A stretch of DNA of 64,000 nucleotides. Source: Octopus vulgaris. Its lineage: Eukaryota. The position numbers and the translations under genes are program-made. Shown here in pieces: positions 52,641 to 64,000 of this stretch. Within the stretch, counting starts at the first letter, position 1. Every line of letters begins with the position of its first letter. The stretch covers positions 140,864,001 to 140,928,000 of the forward strand of contig OX597814.1 of the NCBI GenBank assembly GCA_951406725.2, in the 5' to 3' direction. The notes under the pieces are model-generated. The model saw nothing but the letters and a program-made list of their open reading frames with translations. It made no database searches and had not been told where the DNA came from.

Positions 52641-52868
52641 TTAACCCTTTTGTTACTGTATTTATTTTGAGAAACTCTGTGTTTCTTCCAATTACTTTAA
52701 ATATAACAAAGAATTTAGTAAAATAATTTTGTTATCATTCAGCTAGTGTTAGGAACATAAATTGTGATTAAGGTTTGGTGGAAGATTTTAATTCAAAATT
52801 TATAAAAACAAGACATTTGTATCCAGAGCCAGAGCTGGTTTCAGCCGGGTTGGTAATAAAAGGGTTAA
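52641..52868. mobile_element. piggyBac-type MITE, second family
   Basis: TTAA-cccttttgttac ... gtaataaaaggg-TTAA. Confidence 0.8.
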
Positions 52869-52879
52869 GTTACCTTATG

Positions 52880-53045
52880 ATCTCTTGATTCTAGCTTTAG
52901 CATCCATGCCTGGAATTTCTTCTCTAATTCTTCAAGAGATTCAGCTATGAGAACTAAATCATCTGCTTTAGGAGTTCCCATGAACAGCCAATCTTAAATT
53001 GCTTTGTGATGGCCTGTAGGATTTTGGTGAATATGAAGGGTGTGA
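52880..53045 (-). mobile_element. Old RTE RT fragment
   Basis: Minus strand ILQAITKQFKIGCSWELL / ADDLVLIAESLEELEKKFQAW (frameshifted YADD). Confidence 0.75.
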
Positions 53046-53281
53046 AGGTGAGGATTGAATTTTAATGGAATCTAACTCTCATATAAACTTCTTTATAAAG
53101 TTGGTGATTGTTTACTTATTGTATTTTTGTACATAGTTTTTACAGGTTTTACAAGCCAACACCAAGTTGATCACATTAGTGTTTATGGTATCCTGTCAAA
53201 TACCTTTACACATACATGGGTGTATGTGTGGACACACACACACACACACGCACTCATGCATGCACACACACACGCACTCAT

Positions 53282-53315
<34 letters not shown>

Positions 53316-53768
53316 ATGCATACTCTTTTAGTCTTTTACTTGTTTCAGTCATTAGACTGCGGCCAGGCTGGGGCAGCACCTTGAAGAATTTTAGTCACAT
53401 AAATCAACCCCAGTACTTATTTTATTGATCTCTTTGCCAAACTGCTAAGTTATGGGGATGTAAGCACACCAACACTGGTTGTCAAGCATTGGTGGTGGTG
53501 GTGGTGGGGGAAGGGTACAAACGCAGACACATATACGTAGATATATTCTTTTCCTTTTATTCTTTTACTTGTTTCAGTCAGTTGACTGTGGTAAATCAAC
53601 TCCAGGATTTATTTTTGTAAGCCTAGTACATATGCTGTTGGTCTCTTAGGCTGAACCGCTAAGTTATGGGATGTAAACACATGAACATCAGCTGTCAGGC
53701 AATGGTGGTGGTGGGTTGTGTGGTGTGGGGGGCAACCATAGACACAAACACATATATTCATATATATA

Positions 53769-56700
53769 TCATCATCATCATTTAATGTCCGCTTTACATG
53801 CTGGCATAGGTTGGGTGATTTGACCAAGGACTGGCAAGCCAGATGGCTGCACCAGGCTCCAATCTGACCTGGCAGAGTTTCTACAGCTGGATGCCCTTCA
53901 TAACGCCAAACACTCTGAGAGTGTAGTGGGTGCTTTTATGTGCCACCGGCATGAGGGCCAGTCAGGCAGTACTGGCAATGGCCATGCTCAAATGGAGTTT
54001 TATATGTGCCACCTGCACAGAAGCCAGTCCAGCAGCACTGGCAACGACCTCACTCAAATATTGTTTTTCACTTACTACCGGCACAAGTGCCAGTAAGGCA
54101 GCGCTGGTAATCATCACGCTTGAATGGTGCTTTTTACATGCCACCGGCACAGGAGCCAGTCAGTGGCCCTGGCAATGATCACACTTAGATGGTGCTCTTA
54201 GTGCTCCACTAGTACAGATGCCAGTCATGCGGTGCTGTCATCAAATTTGATTTTGATTGATTCCGATTTCACTTGCCTCAACAGGTCTTCGCAAGCAGAG
54301 TTTAGTGTCCAATGAAGGAAAGGTATGCATAAGTGGGCTGGATACACCCCTGGCATAGGCCACAGGTTATGGTCTCACTTGGCTTGCCGGGTCTTCTTAA
54401 GCACAGCATATTTCCAAAGGTCTTGGTCACTAATCATTACCTCGGTGAGGCCTAATTTTCGAAGGTCATGCTTTACCACCTCATCCTAGGTCTTCCTGAG
54501 TCTACCTCTTCCACAGGTTCCCTCAACCATTAGGGTGTGGCACTTTTTCACATAGTTATCCTCATCCATTCTCACCACATGATCATACCAGCACAGTTGT
54601 CTCTCTTGCACACCACATCTGATGCTTCTTAGGTCCAACTTTCCTCTCAAGGTACTTACACTCTGTCAAGTATCCACACTGACATTACACATCCAGCAGA
54701 GCATACTGGCTTCATTCCTTGCAAGCTTACGCATGTCCTTAGCAGTCACAGCCCATGTTTCACTGCCATGTAGCATGGCAGTTTGTACACATGCGTCATA
54801 CAGTCTACATTTTACTCTGAGCGAGAGCCCCTTTGTCACCAGCAGAGGTAGGAGCTCTCTGAACTTTGCCCAGGTTATTCTTATTCTAGCAGCTACACTT
54901 TCAGACCCCCCTCCCCCACTACTGACTTGGTTACCTAGGTAATGGAAGCTATCAACTACTTCTAGTTTTTCTCCCTGGGATGTGGCAGAAGTTGTTTTCA
55001 GCAGATTTTCAGTGTTTATTGCTCTTGAGCATCTGCCACATACAAAAACTATCTTTCCAGTTAGCCTTCCTTTGATATTGCTGCACCTCTTATGTGTCCA
55101 TAGCTTACGCTGGGTACATCTTATGGAGTTTCTACCTATGCCTTTTCTACAGATTGAGCAGGGCCATCGACCTGAAGGGATTTGTGGTTTGTCTGCCTTC
55201 CTACTTATTAGGACTTTGGTTTTTGCTAGGTTGACTCTAAAGCCCTTCGATACTAATCCTTGCTTCCACACCTGAAACTTCTCCTCTAGTTCTGATAGTG
55301 ACTCAGCAATTAGAGCAAGGTCGTCAGCATAGAGGAGCTCCCAGGGGCATCCTGTCTTGAATTCCTCTGTTATTGCCTGGAGAACTGATAAATAGGAGGG
55401 GGCTGAGTATTGAACCTTGGTGGACCCCCTACCTCTACCCAGAATTCTTCACTGTACTCGTTGCCAACCCTCACCTTACTGACAGTGTCCCTGTATATGG
55501 CTTGCACAGCTCTCACTAGCCATTCATCTATCCCTAGTTTCCTCATTGACCACCAGATAAGGGATCGGGGGACCCTGTCCAAGGTTTTCTCTGTGTCAAT
55601 GAAAGCCAGGTACAGAGGTTTATCTTTGGTTAGGTATATCTCCTGCAGCTGTCTTACCAGAAATATAGCATCAGTGATGCTTTTCCCTGGCATGAACCCA
55701 AACTGCATCTCATCTAGACTGACTCTCTCTCTAATTAGTTGGGCTATGATGCTCTCTGTGACCTTCATTACCTGATCTAACAACTTGATACCTCTGTAAT
55801 TATTTGTATCTAAAGTGTCACTTTTACCTTTGTAGCAGTTGACTATGGTGCCGCTACACCAGTCATTGGGTATGACTCCTTCATGTATCACCTGGTTAAC
55901 TATATGGGTGACTAGGTTATAGCCGACACCACCAGATATTTTGAGCATCTTTGCGGTGATTCCTGATGGGCTGGGGATTTCCCCATCTTCATACCCTTAA
56001 TTGCTTTATCTACCAAGGTACTGTCAATTTGGATAGCTGGTCCCTCGGCAGACTCTCTCTCTCTCTCCCATTCATTCTCTTTATTGAGCAACATTTCATA
56101 GTGGTGTCTCCAAACTTCTCTCTTTGCAACCTCATTTAGTGCAAGTAAACCATTATCCATGCAGACACATTTCTCTCCTACAACATCATGATTTTCTCTC
56201 ACACACTGTCTTGCAACACGAAATACCTCAAGTCTTTGGTCTTCACGGTGCAGAACATTGGCAAATTTTTTCTTGTCTGCTTCCCCTCTGGCTAAATAAA
56301 CCTATCTCCTAGCTTCCCTTTTGGCAGTCTGAAACAATTTCCTGCTACCACCGTTCTTCCAGTCCTTCCAAGCCTGTTTCTTTTCTCTAATAACCCTGTG
56401 AACAACATTGTTCCACCACCACATTATCTTGGGTCGAGAGGGGACTTTGCACCATCCACAGATCTGGTCAGTGGCCCTCAGCAAGTTGTCTCATAGAAAC
56501 GGGACAACCTGCTGAGTTGTCTTCTACATCATGTGAAGCCATGTCCCTTTCTATTTTGTCAAAAGCTTCGAGTAATACGTCTTTAAATCTCTGAACATTT
56601 GCAGGATCTTTAAGCTTCCAGACCCTTCTCTTCCATGCTGGTCATCTTCTGGGCATCCATTTACTTTTGATTCTGAAGTCACTAACTACTAGTCTATGTT

Positions 56701-57071
56701 GTGGGGTACATTCTTCACCTGGGAAGGTTTTGGCATTTATAAGCAGCCATCTTTCCCTTTTTCTGGCGAGGATGTAGTCAATTTGGTTTGTGCGTCTGCC
56801 AGAACCGTAGGTGACTAGGTGACTGGCAGGTTTCCTGAAGTTAGTATTGCAAACCATCAGATCATTTGCATCGCAGAACTCCAGCAGCCTGGTTCCCACC
56901 TCATTGCGGGAACCAAAACGATAGCTTCCATGATTGCCATGGAAGCCCCTTGCATGTTGTCCAACATGTCTATTGAAGTCACCAGCCACAAAGAGAAGGT
57001 CCTTGTCATTTGTCAACAAGGTAGTCTGCAAGCGGGTGTCCTAAAATCAGTCTTTCTGTCCATCAGGTAGC
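53769..57071 (-). mobile_element. RTE-clade LINE, 5'-truncated and decayed (endonuclease C-half, RT, 3'UTR, (GAT)n tail)
   Basis: ORF pieces VAGDFNRHVG, QIDYIL, QHRLVVSDF (APE endonuclease); NYRGIKLL, QFGFMPGKSITDAIF, ELLYADDLAL at ~55340-55312 (RT); MLHGSETW. Several frameshifts and stops. 3'UTR ends in ggacattaaatgatgatgatgat. Confidence 0.95.
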
Positions 57072-57074
57072 TCA

Positions 57075-57300
57075 TCATAGCAGTAGCGGGAACTTGTGGA
57101 AGAGATAAACCCAGAAGACATGGGATGAGTGGATGAAGCACAACCTTCGGACAATGGGCCTCACAGAGGTGATGATAAGCTACCGAGATCTTTGTAGGTA
57201 TGCTGTGCTTGAGAAGACCTGGCAAGTCAAGTGAAACCATAACCATGGCCTATGCCAGTGCATCATAACAAGCCCATTTAAGAGTATCCTTCAATCATTG
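57075..57300 (+). mobile_element. RTE ORF-end fragment abutting the long RTE head-to-head
   Basis: Similar to 15560-15770. Confidence 0.75.
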
Positions 57301-57564
57301 GGTTTTAGTAAATTTATACAGAAAAAGTAAGCATTATACCATCCAGCATAAATAAAAGTCAACTTCATTATATTTTTTCTGTGTAAACCTATTCTGACAT
57401 TAAATGAGTCAACTTCCTGTACGAATATTTACATTTGTACATCATTTTGCATCAAAAATAATTTCTAAAAAAATCTGGAAATGATATACTCATGTAATTT
57501 ATGCACATCCTAAAGTTTATTTTTGTTTTTGCAAAAACAGTGCATAAATTACATGAATTTTTAT

Positions 57565-57568
<4 letters not shown>
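57300..57568. mobile_element. Second Tc2-like MITE remnant (right end only)
   Basis: Ends tgcataaattacatgaatttttatgg-TA. Perfect 17-bp inverted pair tcatgtaatttatgcac (57490-57506) / gtgcataaattacatga (57540-57556). Confidence 0.45.
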
Positions 57569-57600
<32 letters not shown>

Positions 57601-58065
57601 GTCATCATCATCATTGTCTTTTAATGTCCACTTTCCATGCTAGCATGGGTTGGATGATTTGACTGAGGACTGGCAAACCAGATGGCTGCACCAGGCTCCA
57701 ATCTTGATCTGGCAGAGTTTCTACAGCTGGATGCCCTTCCTAATGCCAACCACTCTGAGAGTGTAGTGGGTGCTTTTTACGTACCACCGGCACGAGAGCC
57801 AGTCAGGCGGTACTGGCAACTACTACCCTCAAATGGTGTTTTTTACGCGCCACCTGCACAGGAGTCAGTCCAGCAGCATTGGCAATTTCCTTGCTTGAAT
57901 GTCTTTTCACATGCCACCAGCACAAGTGCCAGTAAGACGATATATATATATATACACACACATATATAATAAAAAAAAACAAAGAAAAAAGACAAGAAAA
58001 AACACGAACGTATGGACGTGGTACATGCAAAGTATCAATAAGACACTCAAGGAGGGAAGAAAGAG

Positions 58066-58102
58066 TGTTTTACATTTCAAGCAAAGCTCTTCTTCAGGAA
58101 CA
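58066..58102 (-). ncRNA. Minimal type I hammerhead motif, CpG-decayed, in a Penelope pseudo-LTR-like fragment (~57965-58160)
   Basis: Minus strand tgttc-CTGAAGA-a-gagc-ttt-gctt-GAAA-tg-TA-aaaca. Restoring two TG to CG gives the canonical gagc/gctc stem and ACGT palindromic helix III of PLE hammerheads. Confidence 0.65.
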
Positions 58103-58804
58103 GGAGGCAGAGAATGTCCAAAAGAAAAAGAAGAGGAGAAAAATTGCCAACCATCCACATGTAGTTTCTTTCTACCAAATCCACCCACATGACTTTGCTT
58201 GGCCTGAGGCTATGATAGAAGACACTTGCCCAAGGTGCTATGCTGTGGGACGGAACCCGGAATCATGTAGTTGGGAAGCAAACTTCTTACCACACAGTGA
58301 GACTGAACCTGGAACCACATTGTTAGGAAGCAGAGCAGAATAAGATGTTAGGCAGTCCTTTTAGTCCTACAACATCTCTAGTATTGATGCCACAAGAAAA
58401 TACACTCATTATACTCTGTAAAGTCGTTAGTATTAGGTGGGGCATCTAGTTGTAGGAACCATACAAATATCGTGTATATGCTCCTAGTCTTTGGGAGTTT
58501 GTAGCTCCTAATGACAGATGACTCAGATCATGTCAGATCATGATAACTCCGCCGAACCCAACCAATGCCAGTTTAGAAATCAAACATAAATTGATGACGA
58601 TGATGATGATGTTGATGTTGATGATGATTGATATATATATATATATCATCATCATCATCATCATTTAGCGTCCGTTCTCCATGCTAGCATGGGTTGGACG
58701 GTTCAACTGGGGTCTGTGAAGCTGGAAGGCTTCATCAGGCCCAGTCAGATCTGGCAGTGTTTCTAAGGCTGGATGCCCTTCCTAACGCCAATACCCTTCC
58801 TAAC

Positions 58805-58879
<75 letters not shown>

Positions 58880-59134
58880 AACACACACATGCACATGCAG
58901 ACACACACACACACACATATATATATGTATATATAATGTATGTATATTAAAAAGATGAACATAAAATGCTTTGAGAATTTTATCATGAACAAAAGAAAGT
59001 ATTTACATTTTTATCAAAATATGCATAAAAATGTAAATATTTTCTTTCTTTTATCCAAGAAAATGTTCTCAAAGCCTTTTGTTCTTTTTATTGTGTAAGA
59101 TAAATGTACTTGTATGAAACCTCTTAACCTTTTC

Positions 59135-59189
<55 letters not shown>

Positions 59190-59190
<1 letters not shown>

Positions 59191-59850
59191 GTATGTAGAA
59201 AAATACAACATAGACAAGAACGTATAACTCTTAGAAGACGACACAATAAACACGGACAGGACATTCGAAACCCTCAGTCTTCAGTCAAGAACCGGATCAT
59301 CGTAGTAATTTCGGCTGATTAATCTTGAGATTACTAGATCACGGCCAGCCCTCAAGAAAAACCAAGCAACGAGCATTAGAAAAACTAAGCTGGAAGCGTA
59401 GATTTCCTGGAAGAAGGATCGAATGCATACGAACACCAGGACAGCAAAAGGGACAGATATAAAAAACAAAAAACAATAATGGAATACAGAAACATGAAAT
59501 ACAGAAGCATTAACGGTGAAAACAACAGTGTCTTACGACTGATAACAAGCAAACAAATTTTTTCTCTGGCGCAATGGAAAAAGCCTTTATAGTGGCGGAC
59601 GAAAACAGCGATGTTAACAGAACGAGGGTCAGAGGCTGAAAGGCAGATTTCGGCCAACAGTCACGTGACAGAGAAGAGGGAAAAGAAAAGAAAGAGAAGC
59701 AAAGGAAGAGAGAGAGAGAGGAGGGACAAACGCAACAAAGAGAGAGAAAGAGAGAGAAAGAAGGAATCAGAGAGGAGAAGGGATGGGTGTCGAAGAATGA
59801 CCTGTGAGTGCAGAGCGAGACAAAGAAATAGGAGGGTAGTGGAAGACTAG
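59190..59850 (-). mobile_element. Unclassified CpG-retaining repeat between (TA)n tracts, possibly a PLE-type terminal repeat
   Basis: Sharp (TA)n boundaries, strong purine skew, minus-strand GGCTG...CAGCC-GAAA stem. No ORF homology recognised. Confidence 0.45.
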
Positions 59851-59919
59851 ACCATAGAATCAGAGGAAAGAGAAGAGAAAAAGAGGATGAGTAGAGAGAA
59901 ATATGTATATATATATATG

Positions 59920-59967
<48 letters not shown>

Positions 59968-60844
59968 CACATACATAGATATGTACATGTGTGTGTGTAT
60001 ATATATAATGTATATATGTATATAGGTATATATACATATACATATATGTGTATGTGTGTGTGTACACACACACATGTATATCTCAGTAGATAAATATATT
60101 CAATGAAAGATATTGTCTGAATTAAAGAAATGAACTTTAACCACATACTTTTCCATCTGTGACTGACACATGCACTTACATGTGCATCTCAGATAGAATG
60201 TTATGCAAACATTAGATATTTGTTGTCAGTTAAGTCAGAACATCAAAATTTCAATTGTATCACTAAATCCAAATGATCCATTTCTAGTATTTTCACTGAC
60301 AAACCTAACATTTATGGTTTCCATACAGATATCATTAAAAAAAGGTACAGTATCTCAAAATATTAGAATACAATATTCAGAATTTATCATTACAATACAA
60401 TAGGTTGGTAAGAATACAATTGGTGGTTAGGTAGAGTTGTAGAAAGTCAATACTTAGTTGGAGTTCCTTGTCTGTCAGTGATTGCCTGAATATATTGTGG
60501 CATAGAGTAAACCAGAGGCTCTCAACATGGGTGGTACTGCCTCCAAGGGAGTAGAGGGCATGGTGAATGGGGTGTTAGGATTTGGGGCAGTGAGTTAACA
60601 CAATTAACATATTAAATTTTACCTGTAGTAGTAATTATATTATACACAATAATACTATTAAAGGCATAGGTGTGGCTGTGTGGTAAGAAGCTTGCTTCCC
60701 AACCACATGGTACTGGGCTCAGTCCCACTGTGTGGCACCTTGGGCAAGTGTTTCTTACTATAGCCTTGGGCTGACCAAAGCCTTGTAAGTGGATTTGGTA
60801 TACAGAAACTGAAAGGAGCCTGTTGTATATATATATATATATAT

Positions 60845-61582
60845 CATCATCATCATCATCATCGTTTAACGTCCGTTTTCCATGCTAGCATGGGTTGGAT
60901 GGTTCAACTGGGGTCTGGGAAGCCAAGAGGCTGTGCTAGGCTCCAGTTTGATCTGGCAGTATTTCTACAGCTGGATGCCATTCCTAATGCCAACTCTGTG
61001 AGTGTAATGGGTGCTTTATATGTGCCACCAGCACAGCAGGCCATCCTGCAAGCCATGAACTCACTTCATTTGTTGGGTCTTAGCAGTCACAGCATATCTC
61101 AGCGGTCTCGGTCTTTCGTCATTTCCTCTGTGAGGCCCAATGTGCCACCAGCATGGGTATCACAACTACAATATCCATTTAATTTTTACTTTGATGTTGA
61201 TGTACTTGACTCAATAGGTCTCCTCAAGCACAGCAGGTTGCCCTACGAACCAAGGTTAGCACTGCAGGTCATCTTGTGAGCCATGAACTCACTTCATTTG
61301 ACAGGTCTTTGAAGTCACAGCATATCTCCAGAGGTCTCGGTCTTTCGTCATAGCCTCTGTGAGGCCCAATGTACGAAGGTCATGCTTGACCACCTCATCC
61401 CATGTCTTCCTGGGTCTACCTCTACCCTGTATTCCTTCAACAGTTTGGGAGTGGCACTTCTTCACACACCTCTCATCATCCATCCGTAGTACATGACCAT
61501 ACCAATGCAAACATCTCCCTGCACACCACATCTGATGCTTCTCATGTCCGACATTTCTCTCAGGGTGCTTACACTCTGTCGT
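60845..61582 (-). mobile_element. RTE 3' fragment(s) with internal duplication
   Basis: ORF end LHWYGHVLRMDDERCVKKC...GRGRPRKTWDEVVKHDL. The ~93-bp block at 61051-61143 is repeated at 61279-61372. Confidence 0.88.
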
Positions 61583-62046
61583 GTAATTCAATGTTTTCTT
61601 AAGTCAATAAATTTCTATAGAGATTAGCATTTAAATTCCAGTCTATGAAAAGTTTGTGTTCTGCAATATTCTTGAAGGAACGAAAAATTATCCTGCAACT
61701 CGGGCTAATACGAATGAGCCTGGTAGGTGTAAAAGACTAACTGGTATCTCTTGTCAAGAGTACAGGCAACAGTCAGGCCGCTGATGTTTGTTGTGTACTC
61801 CATTGTCATTATTTGATTGCTGTTATTCTGTGCGTCTGTGAGTAAAGATCAGTTGTGTTTTGCAGGGTTGCTTTATTTTTACCCTTAACTTAGAAATGAA
61901 GAAAGACATAGTGCTAGGTATCAAAAATAAACCACTTGGGGCTAAAATATTATGGAAAAATGTGAAATTCTTCGAGCAGGCTTGTGTCTTATGTGAAATC
62001 TGTGATGAGCCTGAGTGACGCTGATGACCTGGAGTCACTTCTGATA

Positions 62047-62081
<35 letters not shown>

Positions 62082-62619
62082 ATATATGTGTGTGTGTGTC
62101 TTTGTGACTGTGTTTGTCTTCCACTACCACTTGACAACCAGTGTTGATGTGTTTATGTCCTTGTAACCAAGCAGTTCAGCAAAAGAGATCAATAGAATAA
62201 GTACCAGGCTTTAAAACAAACAAAAAAAGTACTGGGGTTGATTCATTTGACTAATAATTCTTCAAAGTGGTGCCCCAGCATGGCCACAGCCTACTTGCTG
62301 AAAGAGATAAAAGGTAAAAGGTTATCAAAATAAAACGGGATCTCATTAGGCACAGGGAAGTCATTAATTTGCAATGTATTAAGTAAAGTAACAACTTTTG
62401 TCTTTATCAGTTTTTTTTATCATTTCATTGTTGAATTCTTATACAATCCATTTTAGAGTAAATTTATAAATTATATTAATTATGTTAATTATGTTTAGTT
62501 AGTTTAGTTGAGATTCGTCACTTGCCACCAAGGTGGGTGCAGTAGGCATAACAACTACTAGTTGTTATAATATTCAAGTGTGATAGAAGCCCAGATCCAC
62601 CACAAGGTCCTGTTTTTAT

Positions 62620-62835
62620 TCGTTTCTACTCTAGGCACAAGGTCCGAAATTTTTTGGGAGGGGGCCAGTTGATTAGATCAACCCCAGTATGCAACTGGTA
62701 CTTAATTTATTGACCTCGAAAGGATGAAAGGTAAAGTCGACCTCGGCAGAATTTGAACACAGAATGTAAAGACAGATGAAATACCGCTAAACATTTTGCC
62801 TGGCATGCTAATGTTTCTGCCAGTTCACCACCTTA
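62620..62835 (-). mobile_element. Family B SINE, full length
   Basis: Same blocks as the 2630-3420 units. Confidence 0.88.
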
Positions 62836-62919
62836 GATCCTGTCCTTATTGCAACATAATAGTTTGTGTGCCTCAGTGACTCTATATTTAGATTAAGATA
62901 GCTATGGCTGGTTTATAGT

Positions 62920-63255
62920 AATAATAATGAAATTATTGTATTCAGTGCTGAGGTGCATCACAACTTGTAAAAGTGTGCATAAAGCATATGCAGTAATGTA
63001 CAAATGTCTGGAAAGTGAACAGTGTATGAGTCAGATACATGCTTGTGTATGTATGGAGGGGAGGAAATCAGGTGTAGTGTTGGCGAATCTCAGGAAGTAT
63101 GGAAGTTTTGAAGGATGCAGTGCTCCGACAATTAACAACTGATGCTGGCAGTTTGTTCCATGCTTCAGCAACTCTTAGCGTGAAAAAATGTTTCCGAAAG
63201 TCATGGGAGCTGTGCTGTTTTCTGACTTTGTAAACATGTACACGGGTGTTAGACA
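62920..63255 (-). mobile_element. CR1-type LINE 3' end
   Basis: Minus strand NTRVHVYKVRKQHSSHDFRKHFFTLRVAEAWNKLPASVVNCRSTASFK, the CR1 ORF2 C-terminal pattern. Confidence 0.85.
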
Positions 63256-63394
63256 GGTGGAGTTTGAAAGGGGTTATTCAGGGTTTCACATCCTTAAAGT
63301 GCTTAGCTTTACAATGTCACATCAGACCCTAATGGCCGGTGGTAAACATATAGCATCATCATCATTTAACATCCATATATCTACATACATACAT

Positions 63395-63427
<33 letters not shown>

Positions 63428-64000
63428 TATGTATGTATGTATGTATGTATATATATATATGTAAATTGGACTGTTTAGTTCCCTAACAGTGGGCAGAAAA
63501 AGAATATTATAATTCATTATTGTAACTGAAATAACACATTTCTAATTATATTCCGCTCATTGTGGATGCTGTGTTACAATCTAGAATACTGCATTATTTA
63601 ACATGAGAGGATCTCTTATATGGACCTGTGGTGCATAATAGCATTCATGTCTATATTTTAATGAGCAATAACCATCCACTACAGCTGCCAGAAGAAGCAG
63701 ATCACAGGATTTCGCCTTTCTTTGTCCTTGTCAGTGACAGACGGCCAGTGGAGATATTGGGGCCAATTTCCCAGTCAGTGATATATAGACTATCACTATC
63801 TGTCACAAATAGCCTGTGAGCTTATTAAAAATAATTAGTAACAGTAGAAGCAGTATTAATACAGACAAAAAATATTAACTCTTTAGCATCCAGATTACTC
63901 TTTTGAATGTAATACTTATTCACATTGTTCTCAGTGAATCATGTATTATCATGTAACTTTAAGATCTTGATGATGATGATGATGATGATGGTGATGATTG

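Noticed and set aside
61896-62018. 40-aa ORF MKKDIVLGIKNKPLGAK...CVLCEICDEPE
   Set aside because: No recognisable homology or supporting exons.
62000-62046. C/D-box snoRNA (GTGATGA...CTGA)
   Set aside because: Only ~45 nt between boxes, no terminal stem, no recognised guide.

Overview
AT-rich, repeat-dense eukaryotic genomic DNA. The SINE/LINE families and (TA)n/(CA)n microsatellites point to an octopus (coleoid cephalopod); this is inferred from recalled repeat families, not from a search. One protein-coding gene is supported: a minus-strand C6orf136 (DUF2358) homolog with five phase-compatible coding exons (49271-49098, 31054-30455, 25770-25676, 23771-23553, 18649-18580; 386 codons). Its terminal exon was not located. 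The rest is intron or upstream sequence filled with decayed mobile elements: a ~3.3 kb RTE LINE, a second RTE endonuclease fragment, many RTE 3' ends, a ~1.9 kb Penelope-like element (RT + GIY-YIG), a mariner, CR1 3' ends, several tRNA-derived SINE families, piggyBac/hAT/Tc2/Harbinger-type MITEs and a 5 x ~155 bp tandem array. Most ORFs in the supplied track are microsatellite or repeat artefacts. The most interesting signal is a set of short (TA)n-embedded elements with hammerhead-ribozyme-like cores and long fold-backs. One has an 88-nt helix II, one is cut exactly at an inversion apex, and several have non-canonical cores. Repeat boundaries were read by eye and are approximate; exon boundaries were counted base by base.
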